Shown: one piece after another, positions 48,560 to 56,828 of the stretch
Layout: each line of letters begins with the position of its first letter
How positions within the stretch are numbered: the first letter of the stretch is position 1
DNA from: an uncultured Planctomycetia bacterium
GTDB taxonomy: Bacteria > Omnitrophota > Gorgyraeia > Duberdicusellales > Duberdicusellaceae
NCBI GenBank assembly: GCA_964634935.1
Contig: CAZWJT010000005.1
Location: 7,128-71,127 of the forward strand
Length of the DNA stretch: 64,000 nt
Direction: 5' to 3'
Notes under the pieces: model-generated
What the model was told of the DNA's origin: nothing
Databases searched by the model: none
Seen by the model: the letters and a program-made list of their open reading frames with translations, nothing else
Program-made: the position numbers and the translations under genes

Positions 48560-49215
48560 TTTTTCTTGCGGTAAAATTTCTTGATAATCTGCAGTACTTC
48601 CTTGGCCTCATCCACAACATGGAACAGGGATAGATCGTCTGAAGCGATAGCCCCGAACTTACAGCATGTATCCCGAAGCCAGCCAACCAGATTTTTCCAG
48701 TAAGAAGTTCCGACAAGAACTATGGGAAAGGCGTGAACCCGCTGAGTCTGAACCAAGGCAAGTCCTTCAAAAAACTCATCAAGCGTTCCAATGCCTCCGG
48801 GAAAGATAATGAATGCTTTCGAATATTTGGTAAACATGACTTTCCGCACAAAAAAATACTTGAATTCCAACAAATAGGTTACATAAGGATTGGGAACCTG
48901 CTGGTGAGGAAGAACGATATTCAACCCCACAGTCTCTCCTCCTCCCTCTTTCGCTCCTTTATTTGCCGCCTCCATGATTCCCTTGCCCGCGCCGGTAATA
49001 ATCGTAAAACGATTTTTGGCAAGTAATTGCGCGGTTTCACTGGCAAGCGAGTAATAAAAAGTTCCTGGCTTGGTTGCTTTTGAACCAAAAATGGCAACTC
49101 CGTCCTTAATCGTTGAAAGATTCTCAAAACCTTCTACAAATTCACTCATAATCCGGAATACCCGCCAGATATCCTGACGGTTGGCGGTAAGTTCAAAAGT
49201 AAGCGGCTTACGCAT
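48556..49215 (-). CDS. LOG-family protein (cytokinin riboside 5'-monophosphate phosphoribohydrolase / TIGR00730-type nucleotide hydrolase)
   Basis: GAGKGIMEAANKGA and PGGIGTLDEF (the PGGxGTxxE motif) are present. Confidence 0.75.
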   Translation of the reverse strand: MRKPLTFELTANRQDIWRVFRIMSEFVEGFENLSTIKDGVAIFGSKATKPGTFYYSLASETAQLLAKNRFTIITGAGKGIMEAANKGAKEGGGETVGLNIVLPHQQVPNPYVTYLLEFKYFFVRKVMFTKYSKAFIIFPGGIGTLDEFFEGLALVQTQRVHAFPIVLVGTSYWKNLVGWLRDTCCKFGAIASDDLSLFHVVDEAKEVLQIIKKFYRKKK

Positions 49216-49228
49216 CGTTCTGATAATG

Positions 49229-49669
49229 TTATCTTTTCACTCGATACAGTTTATCCTTACGCCTGACCCTTTGACGCACCAGAATCCCCACTTCATCCCC
49301 CTGAGAGACCCGGATAACCGGCTCATGGTTAACCTGCATGGAGGTAATCTTTTGCTCAAAATCACTCGTATACCCTTTAAAGTGAACTAAGTCTCCGTTC
49401 TGTAATGATGATCGGGAAATCTTTACCGCAGCAACATGAATTTTAGGAAAATAATGGGTTACGCGCCCTGTAAGCTCTTCGGAGGAAAGATTCTTTTTTA
49501 CCTGAAGTTTTTTCCTTTTGAAACGAACAGCGGAAACTTTGGGAAGGGATTTTTTCTTCGTGGCTATTTTGTGCGCAGAAACCTTGCGAAGTTTCTTGAG
49601 AGCTTTTCTTCTACGCGGCAAAGAAGCTTTCCCTCTTTTCTTCTTCTTAAAAAGAAACCCAAATATCAT
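49229..49669 (-). CDS. Hypothetical protein with an extremely Lys/Arg-rich N-terminal half and a C-terminal small beta-rich domain
   Basis: 146 aa. Residues 5-60 are about 50% K/R (KKKKRGKASLPRRRKALKKLRK...). The C-terminal GRVTHYFPKIHVAAVKI...GDEVGILV looks like a beta-barrel of the translation-protein type. There were no database hits by memory. Confidence 0.45.
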   Translation of the reverse strand: MIFGFLFKKKKRGKASLPRRRKALKKLRKVSAHKIATKKKSLPKVSAVRFKRKKLQVKKNLSSEELTGRVTHYFPKIHVAAVKISRSSLQNGDLVHFKGYTSDFEQKITSMQVNHEPVIRVSQGDEVGILVRQRVRRKDKLYRVKR

Positions 49670-49672
49670 AGG

Positions 49673-49996
49673 TTACACAACGAGCTTTTCAGCGATTTCA
49701 GAAATACCGGGAAATTTTGCATATTTTCCCATAAGCGCTGAAAAAATACCAAGGAAAGAAAGAAAAAAAAGAATGAGAAGCAAGAATTTTGCGAAGGTCC
49801 CAAGAATAAAAACCCGGGAAAGTAGAAGGCATAAAAATTCGAGAATACATAAAACTAAACCTTGGCGCGCATGGAAATGAGCGAATTTATTCTCCCTGGC
49901 GTAGAGCACAACGACAAAACACATAAAAAACACATAGGAAAGCGCCGCCCACCAGGCGCCTTGCCTGATTTCTGAAAGAGTTTCTTTTTCACTCAT
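49673..49996 (-). CDS. DUF4870-family small membrane protein
   Basis: The preferred start is the ATG at 49996 (MSEKETLSEIRQGAWWAAL...). The FHARQGL motif is followed by TM helices. Confidence 0.55.
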   Translation of the reverse strand: MSEKETLSEIRQGAWWAALSYVFFMCFVVVLYARENKFAHFHARQGLVLCILEFLCLLLSRVFILGTFAKFLLLILFFLSFLGIFSALMGKYAKFPGISEIAEKLVV

Positions 49997-50080
49997 AATA
50001 CTATGGTTTATATCATAAAAAAAAAGGTCTGTAAAGATGAAGCTTGGGAAGAATTCCGGAAACACAAGAACGTGAAAGAA

Positions 50081-53000
50081 CTACCAGGATTTAAAATCCG
50101 CTGGATCAAGAATCCGCCAAGTGCTGCGCGAGGCTCCGGAAATATCTCCGGGGGGAAGACGTAGATCATTCGGATCAGCAAAACTTGTATTATAGGAAAA
50201 ATTCCAGATACCCACTGAAGTATTATAATAATACCCGTATCCGCGTTCATATCCATACCGATAGTCACCTGGAACAGTAGCCTTCTCGCTGGGAGCAAGT
50301 TGAACAAATGCCCCTCCGATGCGCCTTGTCTTTGTCCCCTCGTTTGCATCAGAAGTATCGCCATCCCTATTTAAATCAGTCGCATACCAACGCTCAAGCA
50401 CATACCCCTGTGGGTCATACGGAGAAACGATCGCGGTATTATACGTAGAGGGAATGCTAGCGTATCCAGGTAACGCTGCATTGGTAAAGCTTGAAGAATA
50501 TCCTGAAGTTCCCGGAATATTCCAGAAATCAGCAGGATCAGAAAAAACCGCGTTTTTCTTCGTAGCATAAGGATTGGAGCCTCCGTTCAAATCCTGATGC
50601 CAATAGGTTGTAAGTACTCGTAAATCATCTAAGAAAGTGGCGCGCTCATTTGCCGTGGGAGGATTTGTGCCAGAAGGGTCCCAATCATACTCTTTTCTTC
50701 CGACAATAACCCCATTTCTTTTCACATAAAGATACCAATGTTTATCGCCAGGCCAAGCGCCACCATGTTGTTGATAGACACAGTCACCGGCAGCTCCGCT
50801 TGTAGCGCCATTTAAAACGAAATTTTGTAACGAACCCGCATCTCCAACATCCAGCAAATCAGCAGTATCACTGTCGTTCAATAAGTGGGCAGGATAATTC
50901 ACCGGCGCAGCCGGCTTATAAGGAAATGTGAGGGAACTGGCGAACGCGGCTTGAAACCCGTTAAACCCCGAAGAAAGCGTGTATACTTTGCGCTTTTCCG
51001 TAATTACCGAAGCCGGAGGAACTTTTGAAGCGCTATCGTTATAATCCGCAGAACCGGGAACTTTCTCATCCCAGGTTGTGGCTCCTGATTTTTTGTATTT
51101 CACAACATTATAATCTCCTGCAAGATAAATATTATGAGGAGTAACAAAAGTCAATCCTTCCCGGGGAAGTTTCTGCCCATTTTTCAAAACAACAGCAAAA
51201 TCACGCTCTAGATGTTCCGGCTTCAGGCTCTCAATATACACAACTCCATTAAAATTCGGTATCGCCCCACTATTGATCTTGGTAACCAAAGCTGCGACGT
51301 CGATTTCCAGGGTCTTTGTTTTACACACCCCTTTACTTGCGTCGCAATCCGCGCCAGCGCCAGTAACCGGATAAACCGGGTTCCAAAATGACGCTTCCGT
51401 AGTTACATCGCTTATTGGGTTAATGTCTCCTCCTGGATCAAACTTGACATATATGCCATTTGTCTGGGCTTCTGATTTCAACGTTGTATTTAAAGGCGGA
51501 GGGTCGATTTTCTCAGGACATCCTGAATTGTGCTCAAAAATATTCACCGGGGAAAGATCATCATCAACTCCGTCCGCTAAATCTTTCCAATCCCGCCATT
51601 CGGTCGCCTGCTCGTAAGTATTGAGAAATTTTACTAAATCGTATTCTTGGCCTGCCGTATCGCTTGTACCTGAAAAGTTATCCTGATCTCCGGTAACCCG
51701 GTCATGCCCGTATTTTAAATCATCCCACCATTCTTTATTGATGAAAGTTGGCCGAGCCGCGACCCAGTCAGCGTCAGTCCAGACTCTCGTATTGGGATTC
51801 GTCTGATACCCAGCCGTTAAATCACTTTGATAAATGCTTGCCCAATATCTTCTGTGTTTTAGTTTCCAATAATCAGCCCAATCAGTTCCCGGAAGCTCTT
51901 CGCTGTTTCCACCATAGATATCCCCTACGGTTCTTGCTCCCTTGTCGGAAATATCAACGTTCATCCGGACAAATTCTGTCTCCGGAACCACAAACCTGAT
52001 TGTGTTTTCTGGAGTTGGCAGGACGGCTCTATCGGTGCCGGAATACTTATCCCATGTCCAAGTTCTCTCAAGATAATACGGCAAACCAAGACCAGCCTGC
52101 AGAGCAGGATAGGCCGAGGCTGTTTGTTGCCATTTCGGTAAATTGGAAGGGGTAGCGGTATATGTTCCAGTTGTATTATAGTTAAAGTGAAAGAAAACAT
52201 TGTGAGTGATATAAGAATATGAAGGAGAAAAAGTAATTTGGTCATCCGTCAGATATAAGGGAGCTTTTCCATCTCTGCTATTGTTAGCCCAGCCATAATT
52301 TGAATTATCGTCTGCTGAATAAGGAGCAGTCATCTGATAATTCCACAATTTGATATATCCATTGGTACTCAGTTCTTTTAAATCCTTAAAGAGAGTATTG
52401 AGCCTTAAGGTGATGCCTTTCTGGAGATTTACATCAGCCTGTTCAACATTGACATGAATACTACCAAAACCGCCGCCGTCGTAAATAGTACTTGATTCAT
52501 CTGAAAAAGTCCTTGGTCCCGGATAAAACTGGAAAAATTCATAGAGCGAGCGTTTGATAACCCTCTGTTCAGCTGCCTTCTGAATATTGCCTATTTGGGC
52601 AAATACCCGGATAACCATCGCCTTAGAATCCTCCCAATTGGTAGGAGCGGTAAAAGGGTATAGTTCTTGGAAAGTTATGACCTTTAGCGTCGAGTTTGCC
52701 GGAAGATTCTGCAAGGTATAGTAGTAATCAGTGCCCGGGCCTTCGTTCACATAGGTATAATCGCCGGTAAGATGAATCTGCGGACGCCCAACATTCGCAC
52801 CAGCTGTATACGGACTCTGAATCGCAGGATGTCCGCTGTCATTCGGAAGAATCTGGGGATTATTAGGATTGGATATATCGATATAGTGCGTACACCACTG
52901 CCACTTCGTTGTGCTGGCCAACTCCCGGTATGCCGCCCATAAACCCCTGTTTATTAACGCATCGATTGCGGTTTCCTCAGTATCCCGCTGCGTGGTTCTT

Positions 53001-53179
53001 AAGCCTGAGGTGATGACGCTGTAGAGGGTGACCCCTCCAATCAGAAGAACCAGGACAACAAAAAAGACGACGACGATGACAACGCTTTTCTTTGATTTTT
53101 CTCTACCGCGGGGTTTTGCATGATCCTGCCTATCCATAGCAACCATATAAGTATATCTTTTTTTCATGGAAGAATTCAA
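50081..53179 (-). CDS. Large (1032 aa) secreted/surface protein with an N-terminal membrane anchor, encoded directly downstream of two pseudopilin genes (candidate pilus-associated adhesin)
   Basis: A basic N-terminus is followed by a hydrophobic helix (SVVIVVVFFVVLVLLIGGVTL). The remainder is rich in W, Y, N, G, T and D (beta-rich). No recognisable catalytic motif was found. The start is 1 nt after the stop of the upstream pilin gene. Confidence 0.6.
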   Translation of the reverse strand: MNSSMKKRYTYMVAMDRQDHAKPRGREKSKKSVVIVVVFFVVLVLLIGGVTLYSVITSGLRTTQRDTEETAIDALINRGLWAAYRELASTTKWQWCTHYIDISNPNNPQILPNDSGHPAIQSPYTAGANVGRPQIHLTGDYTYVNEGPGTDYYYTLQNLPANSTLKVITFQELYPFTAPTNWEDSKAMVIRVFAQIGNIQKAAEQRVIKRSLYEFFQFYPGPRTFSDESSTIYDGGGFGSIHVNVEQADVNLQKGITLRLNTLFKDLKELSTNGYIKLWNYQMTAPYSADDNSNYGWANNSRDGKAPLYLTDDQITFSPSYSYITHNVFFHFNYNTTGTYTATPSNLPKWQQTASAYPALQAGLGLPYYLERTWTWDKYSGTDRAVLPTPENTIRFVVPETEFVRMNVDISDKGARTVGDIYGGNSEELPGTDWADYWKLKHRRYWASIYQSDLTAGYQTNPNTRVWTDADWVAARPTFINKEWWDDLKYGHDRVTGDQDNFSGTSDTAGQEYDLVKFLNTYEQATEWRDWKDLADGVDDDLSPVNIFEHNSGCPEKIDPPPLNTTLKSEAQTNGIYVKFDPGGDINPISDVTTEASFWNPVYPVTGAGADCDASKGVCKTKTLEIDVAALVTKINSGAIPNFNGVVYIESLKPEHLERDFAVVLKNGQKLPREGLTFVTPHNIYLAGDYNVVKYKKSGATTWDEKVPGSADYNDSASKVPPASVITEKRKVYTLSSGFNGFQAAFASSLTFPYKPAAPVNYPAHLLNDSDTADLLDVGDAGSLQNFVLNGATSGAAGDCVYQQHGGAWPGDKHWYLYVKRNGVIVGRKEYDWDPSGTNPPTANERATFLDDLRVLTTYWHQDLNGGSNPYATKKNAVFSDPADFWNIPGTSGYSSSFTNAALPGYASIPSTYNTAIVSPYDPQGYVLERWYATDLNRDGDTSDANEGTKTRRIGGAFVQLAPSEKATVPGDYRYGYERGYGYYYNTSVGIWNFSYNTSFADPNDLRLPPGDISGASRSTWRILDPADFKSW

Positions 53180-53182
53180 GGC

Positions 53183-53719
53183 TTAGTTTCTTAAACGCAC
53201 AGAGCGCCTGCCCTGCGCCGGGACATTCACCCTTCCAATAACCTCGCGAATCATAATATCAATGATAACGACATCACCGGTGCGGGTTGCCTTAAACCGC
53301 TGGATATTATTCAGTAAAACCTTGTCGGTTGTATTTGCTCCATTCACGAATCTACGGATTAACTGTCCGTTAATTACCCTGTATTCATAAGACGCGTTCT
53401 GGATATTATCCGCGCCCCAGACAACCGTACGCAGCGCCGGGTCAAGTTTCACCTTCTTGTCAACAATCACCGGCGTGCGTATAGCGGTAATTGTATCAAA
53501 TCCACCCGGAGTAAAACTGATGAAATTCCTTGTGGCCTGCGATAAATCTTTCTCAAGAATATCGAGTGCCTGCTGAACCTTCATATCTAAAAGAACCGAG
53601 TTACTTGTTGTCATCCAGGAAATATTACTCGAAAAATACGTGGAAAATATTGCCAGCGACAAAACACCGACAATCCCGGCTACAATGAGCATTTCAACGA
53701 ATGAAACCGATTTCTTCAT
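53183..53719 (-). CDS. Prepilin-type N-terminal cleavage/methylation domain protein (pseudopilin / minor pilin-like)
   Basis: 178 aa. MKKSVSFVEMLIVAGIVGVLSLAIF places Glu at +5 if the cleavage is KKS|V. The N-terminal helix is hydrophobic. Confidence 0.6.
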   Translation of the reverse strand: MKKSVSFVEMLIVAGIVGVLSLAIFSTYFSSNISWMTTSNSVLLDMKVQQALDILEKDLSQATRNFISFTPGGFDTITAIRTPVIVDKKVKLDPALRTVVWGADNIQNASYEYRVINGQLIRRFVNGANTTDKVLLNNIQRFKATRTGDVVIIDIMIREVIGRVNVPAQGRRSVRLRN

Positions 53720-53724
53720 CCAGG

Positions 53725-54153
53725 TTATTTAATTTTAAGGATGGTGACATGCATCTCTGAACAACCAGCGGCAGCGGGTGTACAGTCTCCCCCGATCGGC
53801 AGATCATTCAGATTTGAATATTGCACGGCCAAGGTAACTGGTTTTGCTTCGCAAGTAGTGCAGGTTCCAGGGTCGATATCAGCTCCTTGGGTGATTACTC
53901 CTGAAAAACGGGAAAGAACGTTTCCGAAAGCATCCGTAACCTGGAAAGTCCCCGGAACGCTCGCATAATCCACCTGTTCAACAGCCGCCACTTGTGAGCG
54001 CAGCGCGTTCATTGCGATATGCTTATTATGGAGCTGGCGGTTTACGCGCATCGTAAAATCAACTGTTGAGAAAGCGACGCCTGAAATAAGTGCAAGGATA
54101 AAGGCGCTCACAATCAATTCTGCCAAGGTGAACGAGTTCTTTTTTGCCCGCAT
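53725..54153 (-). CDS. Type IV pilin-like / pseudopilin (prepilin N-terminal methylation motif)
   Basis: 142 aa. MRAKKNS|FTLAELIVSAFILALISGVAF has the canonical F+1 ... E+5 motif. Four C-terminal Cys are consistent with the disulfide D-region. Confidence 0.7.
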   Translation of the reverse strand: MRAKKNSFTLAELIVSAFILALISGVAFSTVDFTMRVNRQLHNKHIAMNALRSQVAAVEQVDYASVPGTFQVTDAFGNVLSRFSGVITQGADIDPGTCTTCEAKPVTLAVQYSNLNDLPIGGDCTPAAAGCSEMHVTILKIK

Positions 54154-54200
54154 ACCATCTCAGTATAGCACAGGAACATGTGAAAAACAATATAGCGGTA

Positions 54201-55022
54201 TTATGTGCCTATCCTCTCTCCGGAAGCCAGGGAAGAAAGAAGAGCCTTCAACGAAGCCACCGTTAGGGCGCTTGTTTTTGGATTATCTTTTGAAGGCACA
54301 TTCTCGACAGTAACTGAAATATTCCCAATATCAGAATCAACACGCAGCTGATGGATATTCTTCTGAATAAAAGGATTCGCCTGAATCAATACCTCGAGCT
54401 TATCTGTGCGAAGCGCCAAGGCAACGGTCGCAGCAATATTGATATTCTGTGGAAAAAGCTTCACGGCATCGTGCACATTCCCCTTAAAGAGCGTGCGCGG
54501 CGCATGGAGCGCCTGAAGATTTACCTTACGCTCGGCTACATATCGATTCCCTTCAAACCCTCGTGGGGGTTTTTGAGTGAATAAGGTACAAGAACGAATT
54601 TTTCCAAATGAAGCCGCGCGTACCCCATCAATACCACAGAGAGCCCCTGAAGGGATCAGCAGATGAATCCCCTGTTTTTCTGCAGCTCGAAAAATGGTAT
54701 TCCGTTGCTCAAAGACTCCCCCGACACTGAGTAGAATCACTGTCTTGTCACGCAGATTTCTCGGTTTAGCGAATAACTGAGAAACCGCCTCTTTTGATGC
54801 CGCCTCAAGAATAATATCAGAATTCTGAACAAGTTGCTCAAACGAACACTTCGAGCAACCACGCATTGTTTGAGCCAATCCAACCGCTTTTTCCGGATAC
54901 GAATCATACAGATACCGCAGCGACATTTTTTTTGCAAGTTTTTCCGCAATAAACTGCGCCGCCTGTTTTCCAATATTACCGCATCCAATAAGACCAACCC
55001 TTGGTTTTTTCATAAAAAACAA
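54201..55022 (-). CDS. nadX: L-aspartate dehydrogenase (NadX, DUF108 family)
   Basis: VGLIGCGNIG is the Rossmann motif. The C-terminal NINIAATVALA...IGNISVTVENVPSKDNPKTSALTV closely matches the Thermotoga NadX C-terminal domain. The start may be the ATG at 55013. Confidence 0.85.
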   Translation of the reverse strand: MFFMKKPRVGLIGCGNIGKQAAQFIAEKLAKKMSLRYLYDSYPEKAVGLAQTMRGCSKCSFEQLVQNSDIILEAASKEAVSQLFAKPRNLRDKTVILLSVGGVFEQRNTIFRAAEKQGIHLLIPSGALCGIDGVRAASFGKIRSCTLFTQKPPRGFEGNRYVAERKVNLQALHAPRTLFKGNVHDAVKLFPQNINIAATVALALRTDKLEVLIQANPFIQKNIHQLRVDSDIGNISVTVENVPSKDNPKTSALTVASLKALLSSLASGERIGT

Positions 55023-55879
55023 ACTACCTTTCTTTTACCCAGCACAATCCTCATGTTATCAATTAAACGCGTTTTCCCGCATGAGATAGAAACCAGAACA
55101 ACTGCGTTTCGGGTAATCTTTTGCATGGAACACCACTCTCTCTCGTCAACAATCTCAAGATAGTTTATGCTTATTTGCCTGCTCTGCCGCAGCGTCGCCT
55201 GCATCAATCTTTTGATACGAAGAACATCCCGTTCGCCGCTTTCAATTGCCGAACGAGCCGCATGAAGAGACTGGAACATAAGACAGGCATCAGCGCGCTG
55301 GCTACGGGTAAGATAAACATTTCTTGAACTGAAAGCAAGCCCATCGTCATCGCGAACCGTAGGTATAACCTTGAGCCGTACAGGAAAAGAAAGATCCTGG
55401 ACCATTTTTTCAATAATCCGCGTCTGTTGGTAATCTTTCCTGCCGAAATAAGCGACACAAGGCCCAATGATAGTAAAAAGTTTTGCGACAACCGTAGTAA
55501 CTCCTTTAAAGTGACCCGGCCGGTCAACCGCGCAGAACCCTTTACTATACGTCGATTCCTCAACGGAAGTTGAGAAATGCCCTGGGTACATTTCGGAAAC
55601 TTTTGGGCAAAATAAAACATCAACTCCGTTTTTCTCCAGAAGAACCTTGTCCTGGCGCATGGTGCGCGGATATCGCTGGTAATCCTCCTGGGGACCGAAT
55701 TGAAGAGGATTGACAAAAATACTCACGATTACAAAATCGCACTCTCTTCGGGCAGACTGGATAAGGCTTATGTGCCCCTGATGCAATGCGCCCATGGTTG
55801 GAATAAACCCTATCCGCTTCTGAAATCGCGCTTTGAGGAGTTCGCTTGAGAAAAATCTAATATTGCTAATTACTTTCAC
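55010..55879 (-). CDS. panC: Pantoate--beta-alanine ligase
   Basis: IGFIPTMGALHQGHISL (the HIGH-like motif) is present. Confidence 0.9.
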   Translation of the reverse strand: MKVISNIRFFSSELLKARFQKRIGFIPTMGALHQGHISLIQSARRECDFVIVSIFVNPLQFGPQEDYQRYPRTMRQDKVLLEKNGVDVLFCPKVSEMYPGHFSTSVEESTYSKGFCAVDRPGHFKGVTTVVAKLFTIIGPCVAYFGRKDYQQTRIIEKMVQDLSFPVRLKVIPTVRDDDGLAFSSRNVYLTRSQRADACLMFQSLHAARSAIESGERDVLRIKRLMQATLRQSRQISINYLEIVDEREWCSMQKITRNAVVLVSISCGKTRLIDNMRIVLGKRKVVCFL

Positions 55880-56826
55880 AAATCCAACCCTTGCCGGGCT
55901 AGGAAGAAAGCGCCAACAATTCCAGCATCTTCTTTAAAACGCGCGAGCACAAATCTTACTTGTGACGCAAGCGGCCGCATCGTTCGCGCGCGCACAGTCT
56001 CGCGCAAAGACCCCTTAAACACAGAAAAAGCTCCGGAAAGACCTCCTCCTAAAACAATCCGTTCGGGATTAAAAATATTGATGAGCCCCGCGCAGTACAC
56101 ACCCAGCATCTCCCCGTAGTAATCCCAAAGAGAACAAGCAAGCGCGTCTTTTGCCAGCGCCGCCTGGTATACATCGTGCGGAGTAACGTCATTCTGGGAG
56201 CGTAAAATTGTTCTCTGCTTCCGGATAAACCGGTTGACTTCTCGCATAAAACCGATACTCCCGATAAATGTTTCAATACACCCCTGCGCTCCACACCCGC
56301 ATTTTGCCCCATTATACAGAATCGGAACATGCCCTCCTTCAGCAGCAGAACTCCTCCCCCGGAACACTTGTCCGTGTATAATCAAACCAAAACCAACACC
56401 TGTTCCTAAGGTTAAACAAACGGCGGTCTGAACGCCCTGCGCACTTCCTGCGCTCAACTCTGCCTGTGCCATTGCATTGGCGTCGTTATCAATAAAAACT
56501 GGTTTGTCTAATTCTTGCTCAAAATATCTCTTGAATGGAATATTCTGCCAGCCGCGAATATTCGGAAGATAATAAATAAACCCCTTCTGGACATCGATCA
56601 TCCCGGGAATTCCAACGCCAAAAGCGGCAATGTCGCTGAGCCGTAGTTTCGCCTGAAAGACTGAATCGGAGATACAGGCCTTCAAGGCCTTAAAAAAAGA
56701 ACCCGGAGAGGAAAAATTTTTTGCCGCAACTGACTTTTTGAAGATAGGTTTTGCGCTCTGATCAAAAAAGCCTATTTTGAGGAGCGTTCCGCCCCAATCA
56801 ATTCCAACAATGATTTTTTGTTTCAT
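55876..56826 (-). CDS. ROK-family sugar kinase (glucokinase-like)
   Basis: The N-terminal GIDWGGT, the DNDANAMAQAE motif and the zinc motif CGCGAQGCIE are present. Confidence 0.8.
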   Translation of the reverse strand: MKQKIIVGIDWGGTLLKIGFFDQSAKPIFKKSVAAKNFSSPGSFFKALKACISDSVFQAKLRLSDIAAFGVGIPGMIDVQKGFIYYLPNIRGWQNIPFKRYFEQELDKPVFIDNDANAMAQAELSAGSAQGVQTAVCLTLGTGVGFGLIIHGQVFRGRSSAAEGGHVPILYNGAKCGCGAQGCIETFIGSIGFMREVNRFIRKQRTILRSQNDVTPHDVYQAALAKDALACSLWDYYGEMLGVYCAGLINIFNPERIVLGGGLSGAFSVFKGSLRETVRARTMRPLASQVRFVLARFKEDAGIVGAFFLARQGLDL

Positions 56827-56828
56827 TA

